Below, one piece after another: positions 18,557 to 28,191 of a stretch of 44,050 nt of DNA (positions are counted from its first letter, which is position 1; every line of letters begins with the position of its first letter). Origin of the DNA: Bacillota bacterium (lineage in GTDB: Bacteria > Bacillota > Clostridia > Oscillospirales > Acutalibacteraceae); assembly GCA_023397245.1 (NCBI GenBank), contig JAEWUH010000235.1:1-44050 (forward strand), given 5' to 3'. The translations under genes were made by a program, and so were the position numbers. The notes under the pieces were generated by a model, which had not been told where the DNA came from, searched no databases, and saw only the letters and a list, made by a program, of their open reading frames with translations.

Positions 18557-18760
18557 AAAGTTAGTTTAAAGAGGCACGGATGAAATCAGGATCTACCGAT
18601 TGCGGCCAAATTTACGGACGGCAGGAAAAAGCGCGATGCCCGGACGAAAATCGGGCGGCAGGATGTTCATCGGGATTGATTCCGCGGTTCCTTAATTCAG
18701 CGGCAAACTTTATACTAGTAAGTTATCCAAAAAATATATTAAAAGAGGGGTATGAGTAAT

Positions 18761-20194
18761 ATGGACTATAAAAAAATAGCAGCCGATGTTCTGGAAGCAG
18801 TGGGCGGCAAAGAAAATGTTTCCGCAAACGCCACCTGCATGACAAGACTCCGTATCGGCGTGATGAACCACGAAAAAGTAGACCTGCCTTCCATAAAAAA
18901 GATCGAGGGTATTCTCGGCGTTGTGGACTCCGACACGGTTCAAATTGTTTTCGGCCCCGGTGTTGTGAATAAAATCGGCGCGGAATTTTCCCAGTTAACC
19001 GGCCTGGCACTGGGCGCCGACCAGGTGGATACGGACGTCAAGGCTGTAGCGAAAGAAAATAAAGAAGTAAATAAAGCAAAGTACAATGGTCCGGTCCAGC
19101 GGTTTTTAAAACGCATCGCCAATATCTTTATTCCGCTTTTACCGGGCATTATTGCTGCCGGCCTGATCAATGGAATCATCAATGTTATCAATGTTTCTAC
19201 CCACAGCGCCTTTGAAACGCAATGGTGGTACTCCTGCATACATACGCTTGGCTGGGCACTGTTTGCCTATCTGCCGATATTCGTCGGTATGAACGCCGCA
19301 AAAGAGTTTAAGGGCTCCCCGATTTTAGGCGCGCTTGCCGGAGCGTATTTCTGTGCAAACGCCGCCATGCCGTTACTGACGAAAATCAAGGATGTGCAGA
19401 TTATCCTTCCTTTTACCGGAAAGGCATTCAATCCGAGCAACGGCGGCTTGCTTTCCGCGCTGATTGCCGGTATCTTCTTTGCCTATCTTGAAAAATGGAT
19501 CCGCAAGTGGATGCCAACGATTCTGGATACATTTTTCACTCCGCTTCTTACGGTCATCTTAGGCGGCCTGGTAACCGTTATTGTTTTACAGCCGATTGGC
19601 ACCTTGCTGACGAGCGGAATCTACTTCCTTCTGAACTTCCTGTACGCCGACCTCGGCGCTGTGGGCGGATATATTCTCTCCGCCGGATTCCTGCCGCTGG
19701 TAGCCGTGGGCCTGCATCAGGCTTTGACTCCGATTCATGCGATGCTGAACGACCCGGCGGGACCGACAAAAGGCATCAACTATCTTCTGCCGATCCTGAT
19801 GATGGCCGGCGGCGGCCAGGTTGGCGCCGGTCTTGCACTGTATTTTAAAACGAAGAACAAGAAGCTGAAAAGGATGACGCGCGACTCTTTGCCGGTCGGT
19901 ATTCTCGGAATCGGCGAACCTCTGATGTACGCCGTAACGCTCCCGCTCGGCAAGCCTTTTGTGACAGCCTGCCTCGGCGCGGGATTCGGCGGTATTCTTG
20001 CTTCCCTGCTCCACCTTGGGACGGTATCTCAGGGCGTATCCGGGCTTTTCGGCCTGTTGATTGTGGTGCCGGGTCAGCAGCTGGCATATTTCGTATCCAT
20101 TGTACTGGCGTATGCCGGCGGATTCCTCCTCACCTATTTCTTTGGAGTTGATGAGAACCGAATCAACCAGGTATACGGCGAAAATGATAAATAA
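18761..20194 (+). CDS. murP: PTS EIIBC component, MurNAc/sucrose-type
   Basis: The EIIB active-site motif CMTRLR is followed by a ~10-TM EIIC domain; there is no EIIA domain. The MurNAc assignment rests on context (murQ, murR, DUF871). The ATG at 18752 is too close to the SD, so 18761 is preferred. Confidence 0.75.
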   Translation: MDYKKIAADVLEAVGGKENVSANATCMTRLRIGVMNHEKVDLPSIKKIEGILGVVDSDTVQIVFGPGVVNKIGAEFSQLTGLALGADQVDTDVKAVAKENKEVNKAKYNGPVQRFLKRIANIFIPLLPGIIAAGLINGIINVINVSTHSAFETQWWYSCIHTLGWALFAYLPIFVGMNAAKEFKGSPILGALAGAYFCANAAMPLLTKIKDVQIILPFTGKAFNPSNGGLLSALIAGIFFAYLEKWIRKWMPTILDTFFTPLLTVILGGLVTVIVLQPIGTLLTSGIYFLLNFLYADLGAVGGYILSAGFLPLVAVGLHQALTPIHAMLNDPAGPTKGINYLLPILMMAGGGQVGAGLALYFKTKNKKLKRMTRDSLPVGILGIGEPLMYAVTLPLGKPFVTACLGAGFGGILASLLHLGTVSQGVSGLFGLLIVVPGQQLAYFVSIVLAYAGGFLLTYFFGVDENRINQVYGENDK

Positions 20195-20209
20195 CAGGAT
20201 AAGGATTTT

Positions 20210-21274
20210 ATGAAAGAATTCGGAATTTCACTGTATCTGGGAACCGGTTTTGAAAAAAACACCGCTATTCTGGAAAAGGCTCGCCGCGCAGGCATTCGTT
20301 ACGCGTTCACCTCCCTGCATATCCCGGAAGAAAGCTCCTGTAACAGCGAGCAGGAAATAAAAAATCTTTTCAGGCAGTGCGAAAGCAGCGGAATTTCGCT
20401 GATCGCGGATATCGGCCCGCGCACTATAGAAAAGCTGGGATATCACAGCCTGTCGGACTTAAAAAAAGCGCCGATTTCCTTCCTCCGCGTGGACTACGGT
20501 TTCACCTGTGAGGAAATCATTGATCTTTCCAAAGACTTCCGTCTGATCTTTAACGCCAGCACGCTTCAGGAAGATCAGATTACCCGGCTTCATAACCTGC
20601 ATGCGGATTTCTCCAAATTCAGCGCTTGCCATAATTTTTACCCCAAACCGCTGACCGGGCTGTCTTTGTCAAAAGTGCAGAACATCAATGAGCGAATGCA
20701 TCGGCTCGGAATGAAAACCATAGCGTTCGCAGCCGGAGATTCCGAACTGAGGGGGCCCCTGAAAATGGGGCTCCCCACCGTTGAAGAGCAGCGCAACGGA
20801 AACGTCCTGCTGAACATCCTGCAGCTCATGCAGAAGTGTGCAACCGATCTGTGCATCGTCGGCGATATCGACATCAGTGATAAAGCGTATTGCCAGATCA
20901 GAGAGCTTTCCGAAGGCTACGTCCGTCTGAAAGCTGAAATCAGCCCCGAATACGGTTTTATCGCAGACATGGTGCATCATGACCGGCCGGATTCCAGCGA
21001 TTATGTAATACGTTCGCAGGAATCAAGAACGTACGCTTCCCAAGGCAAGCTTTTTCCGGCGGAGCCCTGCCAGCCGAGGGAAAAAGGCAGTATATCGGTC
21101 GGCAATGAAAAATACCTGCGCTATTCCGGGGAACTTGAAATTGCCAGAAGGGATTTGCCGCCGGAAAGCAAGGTGAATATTGTCGGCCGGATAAAGCCGG
21201 AATCCATTCCATACCTGGAATATATTACGGACGGGATGGGATTTCAATTCGATGCCGAAAGCCCAAATCCGTAA
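20210..21274 (+). CDS. mupG: DUF871 / MupG-family 6-phospho-N-acetylmuramidase
   Basis: The N-terminus GISLYLGTG and the ~350-aa length are typical of DUF871. The characterised family member is S. aureus MupG, which is encoded alongside murP and murQ. Confidence 0.7.
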   Translation: MKEFGISLYLGTGFEKNTAILEKARRAGIRYAFTSLHIPEESSCNSEQEIKNLFRQCESSGISLIADIGPRTIEKLGYHSLSDLKKAPISFLRVDYGFTCEEIIDLSKDFRLIFNASTLQEDQITRLHNLHADFSKFSACHNFYPKPLTGLSLSKVQNINERMHRLGMKTIAFAAGDSELRGPLKMGLPTVEEQRNGNVLLNILQLMQKCATDLCIVGDIDISDKAYCQIRELSEGYVRLKAEISPEYGFIADMVHHDRPDSSDYVIRSQESRTYASQGKLFPAEPCQPREKGSISVGNEKYLRYSGELEIARRDLPPESKVNIVGRIKPESIPYLEYITDGMGFQFDAESPNP

Positions 21275-21291
21275 GCAAAGGAAGTTTTATC

Positions 21292-21549
21292 ATGCAAAGT
21301 TTTGAATATACGATAAAAGATCCCGTCGGGCTGCACGCCAGGCCAGCCGGACTGCTTGTAAAATGTGCAAAAGACTGCAGTTCGGATATTCGCTTGAAAA
21401 AAGGCGATCAATCTGCTGATGCAAAACGCCTTTTTGCGGTAATGGGATTGGACGTCAAACAAAGCGATGAAATCACAATCTCGGCAGAAGGTGCCGAAGA
21501 AGCGGCAGACCTTGCAAAACTAAGGCAGTTCTGTGAAAACAATTTATAA
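21292..21549 (+). CDS. HPr-family phosphocarrier protein (paralog lacking Ser46)
   Basis: 85 aa with the active-site motif GLHARPA (His15). Position 46 is Arg (AKRLFAVMGL, against KSIMGVMSLG in B. subtilis HPr). Confidence 0.85.
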   Translation: MQSFEYTIKDPVGLHARPAGLLVKCAKDCSSDIRLKKGDQSADAKRLFAVMGLDVKQSDEITISAEGAEEAADLAKLRQFCENNL

Positions 21550-21908
21550 TTTTTTTTAAAATTAGTACCCGTGCGGACACTGGGTTTTCAGTATCTGCGC
21601 GGGTATTGTTTTACCTATAACCAAAAGCACGATCCACCCCTTTGAATATTTCGGCGGTGTCCCGGAAACTGTCATGGGCAGAACTTTACGGGCTTAGAAT
21701 TTGAATTTAAAGTTAACGGTTGATGACATGGAAGAAGAGAAAGAACTGAAGAAGAGTGGTTTCCAGAACTGCCGGAATTTCCGGAATCGCTTATCCGAGT
21801 TCGTGAATACCCTTTAAACTGCTGTATTTTTCTTCCGTAAATATAACGGACGGACTTGCAACGGACAGGGATGACATGGCATATAATGCAGTCAAAGGGG
21901 TGACGGCT

Positions 21909-22595
21909 ATGTTCGGTGCATTGCTGGGATTTGCGCTCTCCGGATTACTGTTTTTTATCCTGCACGTAACGGGTTCGGGTTCCTTTCCCCGGCCGCTCAG
22001 CGCACAGGAAGAAAAAGAATGTATGGAACGATTAAAAAACGGCGATATGGAAGCCCGGAACAAACTGATTGAACATAACCTTAGGCTTGTAGCGCACATA
22101 ATCAAGAAATACTACGCAAACTCAAACGATCAGGACGATATGATTTCCATCGGCACGATTGGCCTGATCAAGGCGGTAAATACCTTTGACAGCAGCAAGG
22201 GGATACGGCTTTCCAGCTACGCGGCACGCTGTATAGAAAATGAAGTCCTCATGTTTTTCCGTTCCACGAAGAAAAGCGCGCAGGATATCTCGATGAACGA
22301 GCCAATTGACACCGACAAAGACGGCAATGCCCTGACACTGATGGATGTAATGGCGACGGAAGACAATATTCTGGAAAATCTGGACTGTAAAATCAAATCC
22401 GAACAGCTGAAAAAGTATCTTTACGAGGTACTTTCCCCGCGGGAACGTAAGATTATTGAGCTGCGGTACGGGCTTACCGGAGCCAACCCCCTCACACAGC
22501 GCGAGGTTGCGCAGAAGCTTGGCATTTCGCGCTCGTATGTATCAAGAATAGAAAAAAAATCGCTTGGTTCTCTCTATAAGCGGTTTACAAAATAA
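21909..22595 (+). CDS. sigK: Sporulation sigma factor SigK (pro-sigma-K, uninterrupted)
   Basis: A hydrophobic pro-sequence is followed by FPRPLSAQEEKECMERLKNGDMEARNKLIEHNLRLVAHIIKKY and GLIKAVNTF...YAARCIENE. This closely parallels B. subtilis SigK. GGGGTGA lies 5 nt before the ATG at 21909; the ATG at 21876 is an alternative start. Confidence 0.85.
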   Translation: MFGALLGFALSGLLFFILHVTGSGSFPRPLSAQEEKECMERLKNGDMEARNKLIEHNLRLVAHIIKKYYANSNDQDDMISIGTIGLIKAVNTFDSSKGIRLSSYAARCIENEVLMFFRSTKKSAQDISMNEPIDTDKDGNALTLMDVMATEDNILENLDCKIKSEQLKKYLYEVLSPRERKIIELRYGLTGANPLTQREVAQKLGISRSYVSRIEKKSLGSLYKRFTK

Positions 22596-22884
22596 TGTCT
22601 CTTGGCACTAAACTTTTTCTCCGTCAGCAAAGCGTGCCTTTGCTGGCGAAACAACCAAAGCAGACGTTAACCCCTCTGGCAACGGCAAATGCAGTGGCTA
22701 CAAAAAGTAAGTATTCGCTTTACTAAATATATATAATGTCCTTTCATAATTTATAAAATTAGTTTCTTCATTAACATAATTACTTTTTCGTAAAAATAGA
22801 TTTAAAAAAAGTCCGATTTCTTCCATAATGTAGATTAAAGTGCAATAAGGAAGGATCGGACACGGCTCCGGTCGGTAATATAAA

Positions 22885-24585
22885 ATGAGAAATATAAAAA
22901 TTTCGCGGAAAATGCTGATTTTTTCCATCGTCTCCATACTCCTGATTCTGTTTGTCTGGGTGACTTCGCTTTTTTTGAACAGTAAAGTCAAAATCGGCGG
23001 CGACCTTTACAATCAAATCATGCTGTCAAATGAATTAACGGCAGATATTTTACCGCCGCCTGAATATATTGTCGAATCCTACGCGACAGCACTTGAATAT
23101 CTTTCGGAGAAAGACGACTTCAAGCGCGCCAATTTGCTTACTGCGCTCAATAATCTGAAATCGCAGTACACGGAACGTTACAGTTACTGGAAAAAGCATA
23201 TTCCGGCCAACAGTGAACTTCAGAAGACATTCCTGACGAACTCCTATAATTCCGCAATGCGGTTTTACGATATCTTTGATAAACAGGTCGTTCCGGCAGT
23301 GAAATCCGGCGATTCCACAAAAATTGAAAAAGCGCGCGTGGAATTGAAAGCGATGTATAAAATGCACAGGGAATACGTCAACCAAACCGTAAAGCTTGCC
23401 TCGGTGTGGCAAAAAAACGTTACGGCAACCTCGCAGGATATGGATCAGCAAAACACATGGATAACGGGCGGATTAATTATCCTTGCAATCATACTGAGTC
23501 TTCTTTTAAGCGTTTCTATTTCGCGTTCCCTCGTAAAGCCGTTAAAATATATTACCGGCGTTTTAGGCAAAATTGCCGATGGGGATTTAACGGTCGGCGT
23601 GGATGAAAAGCATATCACAAGGGATGAAGTCGGTCAGCTTTGCGGGTTTACCAAACGGACGTCCGCGCGGTTGAACAGCTACTCCTCCTATATCGGGGAA
23701 ATAGCCGAAGTATTGGATACGATGGCATCCGGCAATATTCGAATTCATTTGCAAAACGACTACGACGGAGAATTTTACATCATAAAGCAGGCTCTGCTGA
23801 AAATATCCGCACAGTTAAGCGAAACACTTACAACGATTGAAGGCGCCGCAAAACAGGTACATATCGGCGCACAGCAAGTTTCAGACAGTACACTCTCCCT
23901 CTCTCAGGGCTCCGCCCTGCAGGCCGAAGAGATTGAGCGGCTTTCCAATTACATCTCAGAAATATCGGTAAAAGTTCAGGATAATGCGGAAAATGTCGGC
24001 AGTTCCGCTGTCTTGATCGGACAGACAATCACCGGAATTGAAGCCAGCAACCGAAATATGAAAGAACTGGTCTCTTCCATGAACAATATTGACCGATTGT
24101 CGCATGAAATCGGCAAAATTATAAAAGTAATCGATGATATCGCGTTCCAGACAAATATCCTCGCTTTAAATGCCGCGGTGGAGGCTGCCCGCGCGGGCGC
24201 AGCCGGCAAGGGCTTTGCGGTTGTGGCGGATGAAGTCCGGAATCTGGCGGGCAAATCCGCCCAGGCGGCGAAACAAACCGCAGGCATTATTCAGGCTTCC
24301 TCCCTTGCCGTTTCAGAAGGCTCTGAAAAGGCTTCGGCAACTGCCGAAGCGCTGAACGATGTTTCCAAGCAGGCTTCTGAGGTGCATTTTATCATGGACA
24401 AAATCAACCTTGCTTCCGGTTCACAGGCTTCTGCCATTATGCAAATCAAGGACAGTCTGAATCAAATTAACTCCGTCGTGCAGGCGAACTCGGCTACCGC
24501 GGAAGAAAACGCCGCTGCAAGCGAAGAATTGTCCGGACAGTCGGCTGTTTTATATCATGCAGTGGAAAAATTCAATCTGGAGTAA
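22885..24585 (+). CDS. Methyl-accepting chemotaxis protein
   Basis: Domain order: TM1, ~170-aa extracytoplasmic helical sensor, TM2, HAMP. The signalling domain carries the invariant [20 protein letters not shown] hairpin. Confidence 0.9.
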   Translation: MRNIKISRKMLIFSIVSILLILFVWVTSLFLNSKVKIGGDLYNQIMLSNELTADILPPPEYIVESYATALEYLSEKDDFKRANLLTALNNLKSQYTERYSYWKKHIPANSELQKTFLTNSYNSAMRFYDIFDKQVVPAVKSGDSTKIEKARVELKAMYKMHREYVNQTVKLASVWQKNVTATSQDMDQQNTWITGGLIILAIILSLLLSVSISRSLVKPLKYITGVLGKIADGDLTVGVDEKHITRDEVGQLCGFTKRTSARLNSYSSYIGEIAEVLDTMASGNIRIHLQNDYDGEFYIIKQALLKISAQLSETLTTIEGAAKQVHIGAQQVSDSTLSLSQGSALQAEEIERLSNYISEISVKVQDNAENVGSSAVLIGQTITGIEASNRNMKELVSSMNNIDRLSHEIGKIIKVIDDIAFQTNILALNAAVEAARAGAAGKGFAVVADEVRNLAGKSAQAAKQTAGIIQASSLAVSEGSEKASATAEALNDVSKQASEVHFIMDKINLASGSQASAIMQIKDSLNQINSVVQANSATAEENAAASEELSGQSAVLYHAVEKFNLE

Positions 24586-24614
24586 CCATTTCTGAATTGA
24601 AATAACAAACAAAA

Positions 24615-24648
24615 TCCGGAGGCTGCCGAAACGGCCTCCGATTTTTTG
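24615..24648 (+). terminator. Intrinsic terminator of the MCP gene
   Basis: Stem ccggaggc..gcctccg followed by TTTTTT. Confidence 0.8.
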
Positions 24649-24765
24649 TATGCAGGCATGCAAAATCCCCTGCGGGAACTGGAAATCATCTTCACTTGAC
24701 GGTATCCGACCGGCTAAGGTATAGTAGGGTAACAATAAATTTGTACAAAAAGGAGGTAAGCCAAA

Positions 24766-25983
24766 ATGGCGGTGCACGTAATAAATGAGGCAAGGCGCTG
24801 CCTTAACTGCAAAGTGCCCCAGTGCAGGAGCGGATGTCCGATTAACACGCCGATTCCCCAAATGATTCAGGCGTTTCTTGGGGGACACATCGACGACGCA
24901 GGCCTGATACTGTTTGAGAACAACCCTCTTTCGATTATCTGCTCTCTGGTCTGCGACCATGAAAAGCAATGCGAGGGGCACTGCGTTCTCGGCCGCAAGG
25001 GCAGCCCCGTAGCTATAAGCAGCATTGAGCATTACATTTCCGATAACTATCTGGACAAGATAAAGCTCAAAACGGAAAGCAGGAAAAACAAGAAGGCTGC
25101 CATCATCGGCTCCGGGCCGGCCGGCATCACCATATCGATCCTGCTGGCACAGCGGGGCTATGACATCACGCTGTTTGACAGCCGTGATAAAATCGGCGGC
25201 GTACTGCGTTACGGTATTCCTGAATTTCGTCTGCCAAAAAGGATTCTGAGCCGCTATAAGAACGAACTGCTGTCTCTCGGCGTGAAGATCCGGCCGAACA
25301 CCACGATCGGCGGTGCCCTCAGCATTGACGATCTGTTCCGCGACGGTTACAAATCCGTCTTCATCGGCACCGGCGTCTGGCGCCCAAACGTGCTGAATAT
25401 ACCGGGCGAAAGCCTCGGAAACGTCCACTTTGCCATTGACTACCTTTGCAATCCAGACAGTTATGACCTTGGGCAGAACGTCGCCGTCATCGGCGCAGGG
25501 AATACCGCGATGGACGTTGCAAGGACAGTGCTGCGCAAAGGGGCAAAGCAGGTAACCGTATACGCGCGTTCAAGAACCATCACCGCCAGCGCTGCGGAGT
25601 TTGAATACGCCAAAATGGACGGAGTCCGGTTTGAGTGCGGTAAAGTTGCCAGCCGTATCACGGACGAAGGGCCTTACTTCAAGAACGTAATATTTCACGA
25701 GGACGAAAGCATTGAGATCAGTGAGGGCAGTGAAAGATTATATCCGGCCGACTCAACGATTATTTCAATCGGTCAGGGGCCGAAGAATAAAATTGTTTCC
25801 ACTACATGGGGAATTGAAGTAAATGAAAAAGGGCTTCTGGTAACCGACCGGTTCGGAACGACTACGCGGACCGGTATCTATGCGTGCGGCGATGTGGTAA
25901 ACGGCGCCAAAACCGTAGTGGAAGCGGTAAAATACTCAAAATCCGTTGCGGACGCAATGGATGATTATATGAAAAAGCTTTAA
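24766..25983 (+). CDS. GltD/NfnB/SudA-like NAD(P)H-dependent FAD oxidoreductase with N-terminal Fe-S cluster motifs
   Basis: Cys motifs CLNC..P.C...CP and C....C.GHC. Two Rossmann GxGxxG motifs (IIGSGPAG, VIGAGNTAMD). The C-terminal motif is ACGD. Confidence 0.75.
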   Translation: MAVHVINEARRCLNCKVPQCRSGCPINTPIPQMIQAFLGGHIDDAGLILFENNPLSIICSLVCDHEKQCEGHCVLGRKGSPVAISSIEHYISDNYLDKIKLKTESRKNKKAAIIGSGPAGITISILLAQRGYDITLFDSRDKIGGVLRYGIPEFRLPKRILSRYKNELLSLGVKIRPNTTIGGALSIDDLFRDGYKSVFIGTGVWRPNVLNIPGESLGNVHFAIDYLCNPDSYDLGQNVAVIGAGNTAMDVARTVLRKGAKQVTVYARSRTITASAAEFEYAKMDGVRFECGKVASRITDEGPYFKNVIFHEDESIEISEGSERLYPADSTIISIGQGPKNKIVSTTWGIEVNEKGLLVTDRFGTTTRTGIYACGDVVNGAKTVVEAVKYSKSVADAMDDYMKKL

Positions 25984-26020
25984 GGAATCCGTGCAGCCGG
26001 AGATTCTGTTAAAAGCAGAA

Positions 26021-26051
26021 AGGCCCGCCGAAAGTTACTTTCGGCGGACCT
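26021..26051. terminator. Bidirectional terminator between convergent genes
   Basis: 13-bp stem ggcccgccgaaag / ctttcggcggacc (one mismatch) between the stops at 25983 and 26056. Confidence 0.7.
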
Positions 26052-26055
26052 TTCA

Positions 26056-26895
26056 TTATTTGCTGTTTCGTTTTTCGACCGCGTCCGCGGCGGCTTCCAG
26101 CCACGGCGCGTTTACAAGTTCGGCCAGACCGACGTCAAAATTCTTTGAAACGCCGGAATCGAACGGGCATTTCCCCAGCACGTCGATTCGGAATTTTGCC
26201 GCGATTTCATCCACGTGGCTCTCCCCGAACACATTAATTACTTTGCCACAGTCCGGGCACTTGACATAGCTCATGTTCTCCACAATTCCCAGGATCGGAA
26301 TATTCATCATATTGGCCATGTTCGCCGCCTTTGCGACAATCATGGAGACAAGCTCCTGCGGAGAAGTAACGATAATAATACCGTCCAGCGGAATGGATTG
26401 AAATACGGTGAGCGGTACGTCGCCCGTTCCCGGAGGCATATCCACAAACATATAATCCACGTCCTGCCAGACAACGTCCGTCCAAAACTGTTTGACCATA
26501 TTGGCGATCATCGGGCCACGCCACACGACCGGAGCGCTTTCATCATCGAGCAGGAGGTTCACGGACATCACATCGATCCCGGTGTTGGTTTTGACCGGCA
26601 GAAGCCCGTATTCGCTGCCCATCGCCCGTTCCTTCAGCCCGAATGCTTTCGGGATGGACGGGCCGGTGATATCGGCATCCAGAATCGCGGTGTGTTTCCC
26701 CCGCCGGTTCAGCAATACGGCAAGCATGGAGGTTACCATGCTTTTGCCCACGCCGCCCTTTCCGCTGACGATGCCAATCACTTTATTGATTTTGCTCATT
26801 TCATTTGGCTTTTCAAGGAAATCGGCCGGATTTGTTTTGCGGGAGGAACAGTTTTCACCGCAGGAGCTGCAATCATGCGTACAGTTTTCGCTCAT
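26056..26895 (-). CDS. Mrp/NBP35 (ApbC-like) Fe-S cluster carrier ATPase
   Basis: Deviant Walker A GKGGVGKS, the CPxC-type motif CPDCG, and an N-terminal Cys-rich segment CTHDCSSCGENC. Confidence 0.85.
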   Translation of the reverse strand: MSENCTHDCSSCGENCSSRKTNPADFLEKPNEMSKINKVIGIVSGKGGVGKSMVTSMLAVLLNRRGKHTAILDADITGPSIPKAFGLKERAMGSEYGLLPVKTNTGIDVMSVNLLLDDESAPVVWRGPMIANMVKQFWTDVVWQDVDYMFVDMPPGTGDVPLTVFQSIPLDGIIIVTSPQELVSMIVAKAANMANMMNIPILGIVENMSYVKCPDCGKVINVFGESHVDEIAAKFRIDVLGKCPFDSGVSKNFDVGLAELVNAPWLEAAADAVEKRNSK

Positions 26896-27003
26896 TTTTT
26901 GTTATCATCCTTTTCCAAAACGGTTTATAGCCGCTGTTCTTTTCAGTGTTTTTATTGTATGATTATCTACTAATTTTGTCAACTTTATTTTGAAAATACC
27001 CTT

Positions 27004-27027
27004 GATCTTTCCGGCTGCGGAAAGATC
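27004..27027 (-). terminator. Possible terminator of gpsA
   Basis: Stem gatctttccg / cggaaagatc. The following T-run on the minus strand is weak. Confidence 0.4.
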
Positions 27028-27071
27028 CTGCTCCATAGCATGCCCGTTACCGGGATTCTCCAAGCCTTACA

Positions 27072-28028
27072 TTAAAATTCCTTTTTCAGGCTGCGGAGGA
27101 AGAGGTCGCCGAGCACGCGGTTCGGCTCCCTGCCGCCGTTGACCACTTCGTCCACCGCTTTGCAGATGGGCAGCTCAACCCCGTACTGAGCGCCGAGCTT
27201 CAGCAGCGCGGTCGTGGTAGCAACGCCCTCCGCCAGCTCACCGTATGTTTCGCCGCGGACAAACGATTCGCCGAATTTCCGGTTATGGCTAAACTCGGAA
27301 AATACCGTCGCCTCGTAATCGCCGAGATGGCTCAAACCGTAAGCGGTGATTTCATTCCCGCCCATGGCGCGGATCAGGCGCGCGATTTCCCGCGTTCCCC
27401 GCGACATCAGCGCCCCCTTGAGCGCGGTCTTGTTGAGCCCGTCCAACATTCCGGCGGCAATTCCGATGACATTTTTCGCCGCCGCGCCGACCTCGTTGCC
27501 GAGCAGGTCCGTACCGTAATAGAACCGGATGAGATCACTGGAAAACGTTTTTATCAGGAATTCCTTTGTTTCCTCCCGTTCACTGTCGATCACCATGCAG
27601 TTCGGGATGCCCTTTGTAAAATTCTGCACATGCCCCGGCCCGACCCATACGGCAGCGGGGATATCCGGCGCGTACTGCGCGACAATCTGCGTCAGGCGCA
27701 TCCCGGTATCCGCTTCAATGCCCTTCATGCAGAGCACGATGGTTTTTCCGTGAAGGTCAAACGCGGTAATCTGCTTCATCAGCGCGCGCAGGTTCTGCGC
27801 GCCGATGGAAATGATCAGGATTTCCGCCGAAGAAACCGTTTCGGTGAGGTCGCTGGTGATCCGCACGGAATCGTTCAGGGTAACCAGGCCGTTTGTGCGG
27901 CTTTCCCTGAGTTCGGCAAGCTTTTTGGAATTTTCCCTGCCGTAAAGCGTAATTTTATGATTCAGCTGGTTCAGATACCATGCAAGAAAGGTGCCCCACC
28001 GGCCGCAGCCTATCACAGAAATATTCAT
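27072..28028 (-). CDS. gpsA: NAD(P)H-dependent glycerol-3-phosphate dehydrogenase
   Basis: N-terminal VIGCGRWGT Rossmann motif. GpsA-like central and C-terminal regions (NVIGIAAGM...LG.N). Confidence 0.8.
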   Translation of the reverse strand: MNISVIGCGRWGTFLAWYLNQLNHKITLYGRENSKKLAELRESRTNGLVTLNDSVRITSDLTETVSSAEILIISIGAQNLRALMKQITAFDLHGKTIVLCMKGIEADTGMRLTQIVAQYAPDIPAAVWVGPGHVQNFTKGIPNCMVIDSEREETKEFLIKTFSSDLIRFYYGTDLLGNEVGAAAKNVIGIAAGMLDGLNKTALKGALMSRGTREIARLIRAMGGNEITAYGLSHLGDYEATVFSEFSHNRKFGESFVRGETYGELAEGVATTTALLKLGAQYGVELPICKAVDEVVNGGREPNRVLGDLFLRSLKKEF

Positions 28029-28155
28029 ATGATCACTCCTGTTTTTTAACATAAATATATTCTCCGCGTTTTCGCCGCCTAAGGAAGCGCTGCCCGCGGG
28101 ATATGGACATGCATTGAATCATTTTATTATACCACAAATTTTTAAATATCAAAGA

Positions 28156-28185
28156 GGCCGGAAAAGGGACTTTCCCTTTCCGGCC
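28156..28185 (-). terminator. Intrinsic terminator of the two-component operon
   Basis: Long stem ggccggaaaaggga / tccctttccggcc immediately after the HK stop. Confidence 0.65.
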
Positions 28186-28191
28186 TTAAAT

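Noticed and set aside
18300-18560. AT-rich block as a sign of horizontally acquired DNA or a mobile-element scar.
   Set aside because: It is only about 260 bp and has no flanking repeats. It sits exactly between divergently transcribed, functionally related operons. It is better explained as a shared promoter/operator region.
21876-22595. sigK interrupted by a skin-like prophage element.
   Set aside because: The ORF is continuous from the pro-sequence through region 4.2, and no recombinase gene is nearby.
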